Source of the DNA: Lama glama | Taxonomy: Eukaryota | DNA length: 64,000 nt | Assembly (NCBI GenBank): GCA_028534125.1 | Contig: CM052817.1 | Coordinates: forward strand, 67,458,001 to 67,522,000 | Direction: 5' to 3' | Shown: positions 1 through 11,959 of the stretch, piece by piece | How the letters are laid out: the number at the start of each line of letters is the position of its first letter | Position numbering within the stretch: position 1 is the first letter of the stretch | Notes under the pieces: model-generated | Database searches by the model: none | Told to the model about the DNA's origin: nothing | The model's input: the letters and a program-made list of their open reading frames with translations, nothing else | Program-made: the position numbers and the translations under genes

Positions 1-540
1 CTCAGACCCTGTCTGAAAGAGTCATGTGAGCAAGGGGATTCCTGGTAGACCCCTTGTGTCATGTGATAGCCACCCAATCTCTGGAGCATTGAGAGTGGTT
101 AGAGATGAAGTTTAACTATTTGGGCAATCAATCAAACAATCATGCCTACATTACGAAGTCCCAATAAAAACTCTGGGTACCAAGCTTTCCAGGTTGCCAG
201 TATACTCTCTGCTTATTATTGCACATTGATGCCAGAGGGTAACGCCTCCACGAAAGCTTTGCATCTGGGATCCTCACTATGTGCCTCTTCCTTTGCTGGT
301 TCTAATTTGTACCTTCCTAAGAAGCCATAACTGTGAAAACAACAGGTTCCAGTCAGTTCTGTAAATTTTTCAAGTGAATTCCAAATCTGAGAATAGTTTG
401 GGGAAAACCTTGAACTGCACTTGATGTCAGAAGGGAGGGTTGTGTGGAATCTTCCCTCTAACTTTGTAGTTGGACCCTGACTACTTGCAGTGCCAAAAGG
501 TTGGGCAGACTTGGAATCTGGAGGACTATACACAGTTTGG
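1..540 (+). mobile_element. ERVL-class LTR relic (MER21/MER68/MER77-like), 5' end outside window
   Basis: Blocks 'caatcatgcctac..gaagtcccaataaaaactctgg', 'cttcctttgctggttctaatttgtaccttcc' and 'gatgtcagaagggaggg' resemble this LTR group as I remember it. The end is approximate. Confidence 0.6.
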
Positions 541-564
541 CTCGCTCTGGGTTCTTTCCTTCTT

Positions 565-722
565 TTTAATTATTTGTTTTATTTTTATTTTCATTGTGGG
601 CATAATTAGTTTTAATTGTTTATTTATTTATTTTTTAATGGCGGTACTAGGGATTGAACCCAGGACATTGTGCATGCTAGGCACATACTCTACCACTGAG
701 CTATACCTTTCTCCCCCGCCCC
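565..722 (-). mobile_element. tRNA-derived camelid SINE (Vic-1-like)
   Basis: The minus strand reads gtatagctcagtggtagag (A box) ... gggttcaatccc (B box), followed by an (AAAT)n tail. Flanks are degenerate TSD-like (ctctgggttcttt / ctctgggtgtttt). Confidence 0.85.
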
Positions 723-3249
723 ATCGCCTCTGGGTGTTTTCTTGATTGGAACAGAAGAGGACAGAGTCATAGTGTGCCAACTGATAATTATACATAACCC
801 TGGGTCGGTCACACATGAGCATGCCATCCGTCCTATGTGTCCCACCCAAGAAGGATGTGCGTGGGTAGATGTGGTAGAAGATGAGGTTACCAAAGTAGGT
901 ATTGTCTAAACCAGTAATTCTTATTTTATATAACAGTATTTGAAATGGACAATCACATAGTCTGGTAAAAATCTATAATCTAGAAAAATCCTGATAGTTT
1001 ACTGCAAATAACATGGTATTTGAAATCAGAGACCTATGTTGCTCTTTCTAGCTATGCAGGTTTTAGCTTCTTATTTAGTAACTGACTTTGTTTCTTTCTA
1101 TATAAATGAGGATAAAATAAAGCATAATTCAAAGAATTATGCAGTTTAAATAGCAAATTCACAGCATATGAAAGTGCTTTATGAAGCTTAAAATGTTAAT
1201 GATGTCAGTAAATAAGAAGGGTTTTGCTTTTTTCCCCCATCAAATAGTTTTATGACAAAAATTTTTTTCACCTTCTTCATGCTTAGTTTTCTTATCTGTA
1301 AAATGATAAAATCACTTCCACTTTTCTGAGTTCCTCTCAGAGGTGGATACTTTCATTATAATCTTTCTTTTAGGTATCAAAATTCTGATGTATTTTCTTT
1401 TTGTTAAAAAAAAAAAGTGACTTCCTTCTAAAGCCCAATATTCCTGACAGAGAGGAGCAATCGTCATGAAAAATTGATCATTAGGTTTAGAACTCTCCCT
1501 TTGCCAAGACAAGCATCATAATTTGGGCCAAAAACATGCTCAATAGTGAGAGATATATATTGCCTAAGGGAGTGAAAAGTAATATAAAAATTTGCCAAGC
1601 AAGAACTTTCTAATTAACTATTAGTGGAAATATTAATTAACAAACTAAATTCATATAATAATTATATAATTTCACACATCATTGGTTGTATTTTAAAGAA
1701 ATGTAAGTAATGGAATTGATATAATTTCAGTTCCTTGTTTCCTTAATTTCTTCACGGGAGCCAAATTGCTGCATTTTCAGGGAAATACAGGTTGTGGTGG
1801 AGAGAGTCTGCAACCGGTGGTGAGTGATTCTGAGAACAAGATAAACGCATTCTTCCACTTAGCAACTCTTGTATTTATTGTAGCTGGATACTGCTTTGAG
1901 ATCAAATTTCATTCCATTTTCACCTTTTCTTTCTCCTGATTCAAACAGGTGAGACATCTGGCTTATTGCAACGAGGAATGTTTGTGGCAGAGTGAAAAGC
2001 AACTAGAGCAGCTTTCTGCAAAATAATTCTTGGCTTTTGTTTCTCCCACCTAAAGCCCAGGAAGGGAAGGGAGTTACAGTTAGAGGCAAGTGTCTTTAAG
2101 AAACTTAAAAGAGGAAGAATTCTTTCCAACTAAAAAGGGATTCTCTGTGTTGGGAGGGTGAGGGACAAGAAAGGTGTATTGGCCTGGCTGGGCTAGGGCA
2201 GAAGGAGGGCAGGGGGCTCCCTGACTGCACCCCAGAAGGCAGTAGCAGGTGGGAACAGTTGTGAGTGATCAGGGGTCTCAAGTCTCTACCAAGATTCCTG
2301 TTCCCCAAGCATGGACAGAAACAGCAGAAGTTGGAACTAATGGCCCATGGCAGGGAAAATGGATGTCCACATGACAAACTATAAGAACACATACGAGATC
2401 AGAAGGCTTCCCTACAAAACCCCCATATGTTATCACTGAATATGATCCTGGAAGTTCAATACATCCACAATGAAGCCCTAAGGTTATTGCTACTGGGGAC
2501 TAAGCACCCCACCAGACCAGCAGGAATTGAATTTGAAATAGTTTTAAATACCTAAAAAAAAAAGCAAGAGATGCGTTATTTCTAGCACACCTAGGTCTAT
2601 ATTCAATATGAAGAATAAAAGTGCTCAATTTTAAACTTTTCAGAAGTGATCAATAAATTTAAATCCACAAATAGTTGTCCAAATCAAGTCCTTGGAAAAA
2701 ACAGATTAACTAATTTCAAATTTTCCTACTTTTTCCCCCTAGCATCATTTACATTCTGATGTATAATAAGAAATAGTGAAATTATCAAAATCTGGGCAGC
2801 AGTAGGAAGAAGGTGAGGAAGCCAGACTTATGAATAATCTAGATGTCCCTTGAGTAAATTAAACTTATTTGATAACTTAACTATTGAAGCAAAGGCTCTT
2901 TCTGGTAGAAATTGGTTTTGTGCTTTTATTTTTCCATATGTGTATATGCATTGATGCATATTATGTATACAGATTCATGTTTTATCATTCACTTAATGAA
3001 AATATCATCTTCCTGTACCTTTTCCTCAGTGTTTTTACAGGCACATGTCTGCGAACTTTCTTCCAGAAAACATCAAGGCACTCACAGCCACTCTGCCAGT
3101 CCTATGACCTAGAAAGATTCTATTTTTTAGCTTGAAGTTTCAAAGAAGAGAGATTAAAATAGAAACGGAATTTCAAAACTGGTATGAATACTAATATGCG
3201 ATGACCTCTCTTTTTTTCCTCTCTAGATTACAATGCCTCATTTTAAAAT

Positions 3250-3770
3250 ATGTTCTTTATATTTCAGTCCTTTATTGAATCCCAGCTAACTGTCAGACTC
3301 TATATTATGCTTTGAGAACACAAATCTGGAAAAAAACAGGACGTCTGCCCTCAAAGAATTCAAGTCAATTCAAGAAATCAAGGAGTAGGCAAAACTATGT
3401 ACATAATTAATTGTATAGACTTATAACAATCTGGAAATTGATATAATAGAAATATGTTCAGAGTACTGGGGGACCCCAAAAGAGGGCATGTTTGCTTCTT
3501 TCCAGAAGAATGAGTGGAAAGAAGGCACCAGAAAGAGATTCATAGAGCGGTTGTCATCTAGGCTGGTTCTTGAAGAACAGAACGTGGGAGTCAGTTGTGG
3601 TTGTGCGGAGAGTTCCAGGTATAAAACCTTGCATAGCAAAAACGGAAGGGCACAAATGTGAAGATGCACAGGTTTGGGGGATGTTGATAAAACAAGGCAT
3701 TTACATGACCCAGAGAAATCAGGCAGGGCAAGGCATCCAAATGCGGCAAAACAAGGCTGGAGAGGCAGGA
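3250..3770 (-). mobile_element. L2 LINE 3' fragment
   Basis: Decayed 'tttattgaatccc..ctgccctcaaagaattcaagtc..' and 'ttccagg..aaaaccttgcatagcaaa', typical of antisense L2. Boundaries approximate. Confidence 0.55.
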
Positions 3771-4043
3771 GTCTGGGTTTAAAAACCACTTTAAGTTTTA
3801 TTTCTAACACTTCTTTCTCACTGTGTGTTTCCATATATTGGAGCAGTTAACAAATTTTAGGTAAAGAAGAATGCCTAGTTTAAAATTATTTAGGCCAATT
3901 TTTCTTAGTTGGCATACTTCCTCTTTGGGCATTTTAAGAGGTCTGGCAAGGCAGTTATGAAATTCTCCTTAGACCTTCTTTTGTATTGATTTGAGAAAGC
4001 ATCACACAGCTGAAGCCTGGTCACTGTTAAAAATGACTGTCAT

Positions 4044-4189
4044 GGGTGGGGGAACGTATATCTCAGTGGTAGAGTGTGTGCTTAGCATGCATGAGGTCCT
4101 GGGTTCAATCCCCAGTACCTCCTTTAAAATAAATAAATAAATAAACCTAATTACCTCCTCCCCACCAAAATATTTAAAAATAAATGAAT
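4044..4189 (+). mobile_element. tRNA-derived camelid SINE (Vic-1-like) with 15-bp TSD
   Basis: A box 'tatctcagtggtag', B box 'ggttcaatccc', then (AAAT)n-cctaattacctcc and an A-rich tail. Perfect TSD AAAAATGACTGTCAT at 4029-4043 and 4190-4204. Confidence 0.92.
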
Positions 4190-4437
4190 AAAAATGACTG
4201 TCATTTAGCAAATCTCATCAATTTTTGTTTTGATACAGTGTTTCTGTTTCCATCGTTCCCAAACACATATCCCCATCTCCATAATCTAGGCCACCCTTAT
4301 TTCAAATATCATAGCTCAAATGGCTTTGGGGAGAGTTTCCTGATATGGGAATCTCTTGTCTTTCACTTTATGCTACTCTAACTGTTAGAAAAGAGTAAAA
4401 GTTATAACATCTGTCTTATGTCAGAAACTTGCTTATC

Positions 4438-4459
4438 TACACACACACACACACACACA
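4438..4459. repeat. (CA)n microsatellite
   Basis: Direct reading. Confidence 0.95.
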
Positions 4460-4999
4460 TATGTCCATACCACACCATGTTTTTGTTTTTTTCATTTCAT
4501 CGACTTGTAGTCATTCTGTCTTTACCACTGAGTTGTAAGCTCTGTAAAGATGAGAGTCTCACTTTACACTTGAGCCAGGTCCGGGGTGCCTACAACAGCC
4601 CTGAACAGACAGGGTTTCCAGAACGTGTACACTGACTGACTATCTGATCCTTACCCAACTTTCCTGTCTTTTCTTTTCTGTTTATTTTAACAAATGAATG
4701 CAAGCAAAGATAAGTAGATTTAATATGGGTACAGGTTTGTTCAGGCAGTTTAGCTTTTGACTTTTTATTGTTTTTGTTTTTGTTATTTTCCCTCTGAGAG
4801 TAAATGCTTAAAAACAGAGACTGAGAGACAGGTGCAGGTAATGGTATAAAAATGTATGTAGGTGAACTTCTGAGTTCCTATTCCAGACAGATCTGGAAAA
4901 AGTCAAATAGCCTTACTTTACTTATTTATGCACATTCTAACTTAAAGTTCTCGTAAAGGAAAAAGTATCGGGTTTTACACATTCTCACTGGGACTTGAA

Positions 5000-6200
5000 A
5001 ACCTAAAGAAATTCCCCACAACGCTCAGCAAACTTGCCTTGCCTGGCCTCGTTTGGAATGTTATTAAGGGCTTCACTCCTTCCGAGTTCTCTGCAATACT
5101 TTATACATCACTTTTCACAAAGTCCTAAGGTAAAGGGAAGACACACTATGGCTATTTTTTTTAAATTGACAAATAAGAAAGGAAAAAGAAAGTTCCAAAG
5201 GAAAACAAGGAAACTTATGTTTGGGGTTCCTCCCACCTTCTCCCCCCCCCTTTTTTTTTTTTGGCTCTACATTCCTCACTTGGTTCCTGACTTTTGCATA
5301 TTGACCTACCTACCACACGCAGGGAAGGAAAAATCACTCATGTGTCTCCCATCACTCGGAGTGACACAGGTTATAAGGCGGCAAACCCCACCCCAGCCTT
5401 CCCTATTGACCCTTCGCTCTAAACTCGGGCTCTTACAGGCCTGGATCCCAGAACTATGGGGTCTCTGAGGCAGCCTCTCTGCACTCGCCAAGTCGAGGCT
5501 TCTGACCTCCTTCTATTAGCTGGAAAAACGGTGCTCTTCCCTGAGCGACCCTCCTTTGGCTTCTGGCGGAGGCTGTTGCCACGGCCCCACACCACTCGGC
5601 AGAGCGGCTGGGACGCGAGCGCGTCGGGGGCTCCCCCGTTGCAGCGAAACCCAGGCTCTTGTGGTGGCTGACCTCCCGGCCGGCGACCTCCCGATGAACC
5701 GCTGGGGCTCTCCAGCCTCTCTGCTCCCTCCGCTCCCTTTCCCTTGGAACCCCGGCTTTCTGAAAAGCTCACATAGGACTTTAATTCTCACCGGGCTGTC
5801 GCAGGGTTCCCAGCTCGGGAGGTTCTCGTGGTCTTTCTGTAAACACGTAAAATATAAAAGCCCTCCATGGCTATTTTATCTCATTAAGACGCTCCCCTTT
5901 ATCCGAGGTTATGCCTGCATCCAAACTCATGGTTACTTAACTGACCTGACATCGTCCCTTCCATTTTAGAATAAAAATAATTATGGGCTTGTTAAGATAG
6001 GTATCTGGTTTTCTTTAATAAAGAGAAGAATCACTTCTTGCTCATTAATCCCAGTGAAAATCTGTGCCGGGGAGGTGGCGGGGCGGTGGGGGTGGGTGGG
6101 GGGCGTCTCAGGAAACCAAAGAGCATAGCGGTAATAAAGAGGAATCACTTCCTGTACTCAGTGTCAGGGCTTTATACAGGAATCAGGAATCACATCTTCT
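5000..6200. promoter_or_regulatory. CpG-rich promoter-like region
   Basis: The densest CpG cluster in the window is at ~5340-5930. GC box GGGGCGG at 6080-6086, ETS site CACTTCCTGT at 6146-6155, NF-kB-like GAAATTCCCC at 5008-5017, TATAAAA near 5853. Minus-strand splice donor CCG|GTGAGA, with the intron starting at 5791. Confidence 0.6.
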
Positions 6201-6540
6201 TTCCTTTTCTGCCTTATAGACAGTTGCTCTCAGGGTATGAAAAAGGCTGCTCTTATACCTGCGCTTAGGTCCAGATTAAGGAATGAATCACTGCAGACAC
6301 TGTAGTTTTCCAGGACCTCCTGGTGCCACTCAGCATGGCTGAGTGATGTCATGTGGCTTCAATTTTGCTAAAAAACGAGCAGCCACAGACAGTAGCTCAA
6401 CTTGCAGCTCAGATTAGCACTTTGCCCTGATCGTTTCCTACATTTAAGTATATCCTTGTTGAACCACCTGCGATTTTGAAATGGACTCATGCAAATGCAT
6501 TCATTCAACAACATTCAACAACAAACATACCGTCAAATAC

Positions 6541-7620
6541 CATGGTAGACTGAATTTGTGGTCTGAAGTCTTCACATCATCATAGTATATTATGCACCTT
6601 GATCCTTTTCACAGCCCAATGGTGAGAAGAGTGTATTTTTATGACTTTGGAGTTGGCCATGTGTCTTGCTTTGGGCAAGGAGACACAGTGCTCATGATTT
6701 AGGTACGGCCTTGAATAGTGCTTGTTCTTCTACCACCACCGTGAAAAGAATAGGCACTGTCTCTCCACCCAATGGGCCTCTGAAGAGATATTGGGTGGTA
6801 TGTAGGGGTGTGTGGGTGTGTGTGTGTAGACACACACATATGAACTACATATATGAGTATTATTCAGCAATGAGAAAGGTCATCCTGTCGTTTGTGAGAA
6901 CATAGATGGAATGGATGGATTGTGACCACATTATGCTAAGATAAGTCACATGGAGAAAGGCAAATATTGTATGATATCACTTATATGTGGAATATAAAAA
7001 GGCTAAATTCATAGAAATAGAGACTATAAGGGTGGTTACCAGAGGCTGGAAGTGGGGAGAAGTGGGGAGATGTTGGTCAAAGGATATAAATTTTCAGCTA
7101 TAAGTTCTAGGAATGTAAAGTACAGCATAGTGATTCCAGTCAATACCACTGTATTATACATTTGAAAGCTGCTAAGAAAATATATCTTAAATGTTCTCAC
7201 CACCTAAAAGAAATGGTAATCATGTGATGTGATGCTAATACTATGGTGGTAACCACTTCCCAACATATAAGTATATCAAACTGGTGCATTTTACACCCTA
7301 AATCTACACGATATTATTTGAAATGTATCTCAGTAAACCTGGACAGTATTTTAATATTAAAATATTAAATATGTAATATTTTTAAAATATTAAAAAAATT
7401 TAAGTATTTAAATTTCAATTTAAGCATTGAAAAAAACTTAAACAATATGGATGGTAAGAGATGACCCAGCCAACTCCCAGATGTGCAGATTAAAGCAGCA
7501 CCCTCCCAGCTGATCCACAGATGCATGAATGAAAAAATAAATATTTATTATTACAGCCATTGAGTTTTGAGGTGGCTTGCTCTGCAGTGCAGCATTATTT
7601 TAGCACTAGCTGACTGATAA
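6541..7620 (+). mobile_element. MLT1-type MaLR LTR interrupted by L1
   Basis: 5' part 'tggtagactgaat..gactttggagttggccatgtgtcttgctttgg' (~6541-6790). 3' part 'aataaatatttattattacagccattgagttttgaggtgg..tagctgactgata' (~7460-7620). Confidence 0.7.
6840..7440 (+). mobile_element. L1 3' end (L1MA-like)
   Basis: 'tatgatatcacttatatgtggaat', 'gtggttaccagaggctgg', 'ttgaaagctgctaaga..tcttaaatgttctcaccac', followed by a decayed AT-rich tail. Confidence 0.85.
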
Positions 7621-8779
7621 AGGCTCTAAAAGCTAGGGACATGAGACACAAAACCAAACACAGAGATTTTAACTTCCCCTGGTTCACAGTTTATTAACAA
7701 AGATGATAAACAAATAACTTACAGCAATAAAGTAAATTTTGCAAAGAGGTATGAAAAAGCACATGGAAACACAGGGTTGAGAATACCTCCTTCCATTGAG
7801 AGGTTGGAGGAAAGTTGTCCATAGAGGAATACAACTAGACCATTTGGATAAAGAGAGGAGAGGAAGAGTGAAGATATTCCAGGCAGGAGGGCAGAGGCAG
7901 GACAGGGCATCACTGGTTAAACGAAGCACATGCAGATGACAGAGAATCCAAGAGTCCTTCTCAGAGCTCTGTTAAGGGGTGCTCTTGAGCCCTGATTTAT
8001 AAAGGGTGCTGTAATAGGGCAAGAATTCACAAGAAATAGAGGGCCAGTTAACAAAAGTGAGGGAATCCTCATGTAACTGGGCAAATATAAATTAACCTCA
8101 TTGCTGTCAGTGGAGACAGGGACCTCAAGTGGAGAAAATAAATCCTTGCAGCATTGACCTTACTGACCTTGGCTGCACTAAATACATGGTGAACAATTAT
8201 TTGAAGATTATCAATTTGAAGGACTGCCAAATCATTTGGCAATGAGAGATGCCAAGTCTCGGTCTGGCTTTGGTTCTTAGAGATTATCTAACTCAACCTT
8301 TTTATCTTATGGATGGGAAAACTATGACTCAGAAGATCAAAATTCACCCAAAGTAAAAAACCTGAAGCCAGAACCCCGGTCAGATTTATCACCCCTGACT
8401 TCTTTCCACCATGCTGTACTTCTTGCCTTGTATTTGTGACAGCATGCAGGGAGTGGGAAGGTCTGCACTGACAAAAGGGTCAGAGCTGAAGCTCAAGAAT
8501 GCGTATCACTTAAGAAAGAAGCAGGAGACTTGAGAGAAGTTACACGTGCAGGGAGACATCCACAATATCGCGCCACCTTTCACACATCACTCCTCTTAGG
8601 AGTGATGACTCAGGACTGTTTCGGGTAAACCACCATGTACAATTAACTTATTAGTATCTACATATCTTTCCACATCCATATCAAATCTCACTTTCCCCAA
8701 AAGTTTTCAGACTCCCTGGCCTTAAGCAATCACTTTCCCTTCTAAGAGCACTTTGTGTCATAGCAAAGCAAACACAAGT

Positions 8780-8900
8780 CAGAATCCTAAGACAGACTCG
8801 ACTCCCAGCTCCTCTACTTACTAACTGTGTGATGAGGAGCAGGCCACTTAAACTTCTTGGGAGTCTGTCCTCATTTGGAAATAGGATAATCGTTCTCATT
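8780..8900 (+). mobile_element. MIR SINE fragment
   Basis: Core 'cccagctcctctacttactaactgtgtga..cacttaaac..cctcatttggaaataggataat'. Confidence 0.7.
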
Positions 8901-8911
8901 ATTTTCCTGCC

Positions 8912-9377
8912 TGTAGTAGGATGATACATCCACATCATTTGCCCTGTAATTTTGCATTGCCTTCCACTGTGGATGGAATACACTTCCTCTTTCCATTGAT
9001 GTTGGCCTTGGCCATGCGACTTGATTTGACTGATGGAAGGTTAAGAGACATGACATGAGCAGATGTTTTAAATGTGCTTCCATGGTTTGGTTTGCCTTCC
9101 TGTGTGCTCCTGTGCTCAACTCTGAGTTTAATATGCCCCTGGAAGCCACAACTTCTTTGTCCTGGGCTTCAGAGTGAAGACATATGAAACAGAACCAAAA
9201 CTAACTGGAAGCCTGGAGTTCAGTAAGACCCGTTCAGAGCTGGGCAAGTCCAGACAAGATCTTAGAACCAAAATCAGCCAGCAGATCAAAGGTCAAGAGA
9301 AACATATTTGTAGTTACAAGCCACTGACTTTGGGGGGGTGTCACGGAGCCTGGGTTTCAGCCAAAACTAACTGATAT
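8912..9377 (+). mobile_element. MLT1-type MaLR solo LTR
   Basis: TG start, 'ccattgatgttggccttggccatgcgacttgatttg', and end 'aagccactgactttgggg..aactaactgatata'. Confidence 0.75.
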
Positions 9378-10294
9378 AGCCATCTTACATACTTTTGTAA
9401 AATTCAAACAATATACTTAGGTGAAAATGATTTTGGAAATTGCCGATCACAATTCAAATGTGATTTATAATCATTGCGCCTCAGGATTATGAATTATTTT
9501 ATACACATATTTCTCATCTCCAAATTCTAAATGGCAAAATATTAGAAATAAGACCATTATTATATAAAAATAAAATAATCTAAAATAAATAAATAAATAT
9601 AATACATATAAGTAAAATAATTATATAATCATATAAGAAACAAGTATATAAGATAATACATAAGAATAATAACTATATGAGAATTCCATAAGAAATATAA
9701 TTTCACATATTTGCCGAAGTACCCTGTGTGGGGGCCTACATGCAGCAGGTACCAGGGAGGTGCTCCTGGGGCTGCTCCTTCTCCTAAGTGTGTTTTGTTG
9801 TGTCTTTGTTTTTGCTCTTTTAGATCTTTATTTTCTGTTATCACCACAAAGTGGTATAAGACATTAAAAGGGTGAATTATCAAATCAAACAATTGAATTT
9901 GCCTCCGTGGCACCTTGGACAAGTTGCTTAAACCTGCAAAGCTTTAACTTCTCCACTTATAAACCAAATAATAGCAGTAGCAGTAGTACTAGTAGTAGAG
10001 TAGTAATACATTTCTAAGTTAAAATCACAGTAAATCATTTAGCACAGTGATGTCACATCTTAAAGCACCCGGGAAACAGCAGCTTTTATTGTAGTACCCA
10101 TATATATGCCTTTCTCCTCTTCAGAAATTTCTAAGCAGAATTCTCAGACAATCCTACATTCTCTAGACAAGTACAATTCTTTTTATTATCTTCCAAACAG
10201 AAAGACATGTACACACACACACACACACAACCTAGAATTCATAAGATTTTCCATAATTAGGTGGGGGAGAGGTGACAGGAAGAAGATGTCTTGA

Positions 10295-10605
10295 AAGTCC
10301 TGTGTTCTCTCTTTGCTCTGCAGCCTTGTTCCTAATACTCCAATGCCCTGAGATAACTCACATCTCTATTTACCTAACTAACGCTTAATCAATCTTCAGA
10401 TTTCTGCTTAGACGACTCAGCCAAGTCTAGGTTAGGCATCTCTCTTGTAACAGACCTTTCATAAAATCCTACTGGAGGGCACTTAAATAAGGAATTGATT
10501 TGTCAATCTTTCCAACTGTACTATACGGTTTTTGAGGGCACAGGCCATGTCGTTACTTTTCACCAGCACCTAGCAGAGTCTTGACACATACTCAGTATGT
10601 AAAGA
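10295..10605 (+). mobile_element. L2 3' fragment
   Basis: 'tttgagggcacaggccatgtc..ccagcacctagcagagtcttgacacatactcagta'. Confidence 0.6.
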
Positions 10606-10609
10606 TATA

Positions 10610-10725
10610 AGATAAAAGAAAAAAAGAAGAAGAAGAAAGGAAGGGAGGAAAGGATGGAGAGGGAGAAAGACAGAGACAGAACAAGAAGGAAGGAAGCAAG
10701 AAAGGAAGGAGGAAAGAAAGAAAAG
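10610..10725. repeat. Purine-rich (GAA/GGAA/GA) low-complexity tract
   Basis: Direct reading. Confidence 0.9.
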
Positions 10726-11959
10726 TGGTTTTTTTATTTTCTTTATTTTCTTTCTTCCCTGAAAAGAATGTTCAAAGAACAAGACAGTTACTATAGCTTC
10801 ATCAAAATTCATTTCCATCTAAATCTACAGTTTGCTTCAAGTCCCATGTCAGTGTGTTCTCCTCCTCTCATCAGAGTAATAGGGTGTTTGTTTTAAAATG
10901 CCAATTCAGCATAAAACCTATTTGAGAGGCAAAATGGAGCAAATGGGGTAAGGGAGATGGTCTGAAATTTCCATTCTCCTCCTCCTAGTTCTCCTTCTTT
11001 TTCCTGTTCATTTTATTAAAAGGTTCTCATCTGTTAAAAAAAAAAAAAAGGCTGGGGGTTGGGAGCCTCTCGGTTAGAGACACATATAGAACATGTGTCT
11101 CATCTGCTTTTTAAAATTGAGAACAGGAAACTTTCAGCATCATTCATTTAAAATGCTTGCTTGTGCTTCATATTTATGGGTAGGGATTAGAGAGGAGAAG
11201 CCCAGATCTGGTTATTAATGGGAGAAAACAAATTAAAAATAGAACAGTAGAAAATGAGAGAAGACAGTACAAAGGAAAGAAGAAATAGAAGCAGCAGCCT
11301 TAGAGCGATGTTCGCTCAGAGCTCTTAATCCTAAACTCTAAATGCTCCCTCTGAGCACGAACAGGAGAAAGAGCCAAATGATTCTCAAGTATGCCCTGAT
11401 ACTGAGGTGTGGGACTGGAGTGATATCCTTCTAGTATTTGATGAAATCAAGTTGAAATTAAGATACGGTTATCAAACCAGCAATTCACATCTCTGGCTAA
11501 AGCAACAAGAGGTCAGATGCTAATCAGTAACATAAAGTAACAGGCGGCACTGTTCTTACCTTCAGTAGGTAAGTGTTAGAGAAGACTTTTCTCACCGGCT
11601 TTCTAATATTTTTAATAACCATCTTCAAAACTAATTCAAAGAATTCAAAGACAAAGCAGTAGCAAAAACAATTGGGGAAAAAGGGGAGGAGCTCAGCAAT
11701 TTTAATTGTCCACATAGGTCATAAAAATGAATTTTTCTAAGGGACAACTCTCCAGTGCATTGGCCACAAAATACACAGAAATCCCTAGTGATGCTGTGTT
11801 AATATACATTCATTTCTCCTACACAGGTGGACTCAGTTCTCTTCACATAGTTACTTCTCTGGTGTGTGCCTGGCAAACAGAAGTCTTCCAACAAATGTTA
11901 GTAAATGAATAAGCACGAGATTGAATGAGTGATCTGCTTATTTATCATTAGGGCCAGGG

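Larger units (their letters stand above)
6495..7950 (-). mobile_element. L2 3' end split by nested MaLR LTR and L1
   Basis: The L2 tail 'cattcattcaacaa..' at ~6498-6540 resumes at ~7620-7950 ('gaagatattccaggcaggaggg..'). Confidence 0.55.

Noticed and set aside
3019..3108. Minus-strand 90-nt exon (ctag|...AAG|gtacag)
   Set aside because: The pyrimidine tract is poor and the donor weak, and the same stretch looks better as a plus-strand acceptor. It is not supportable without RNA data.
4044..4120. tRNA gene (A and B boxes present); likewise at ~640-720 and ~59590-59660
   Set aside because: Each is followed by an (AAAT)n SINE body and flanked by TSDs, so these are SINE heads.
5419..5969. Overlapping ORFs on both strands in the CpG-rich region
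   Set aside because: GC-rich DNA is depleted of stop codons, and the translations are low-complexity G/R/P/S-rich sequences.
7347..7364. 18-bp perfect palindrome TATTTTAATATTAAAATA
   Set aside because: It is pure A/T inside a decayed L1 tail, where such palindromes are expected.
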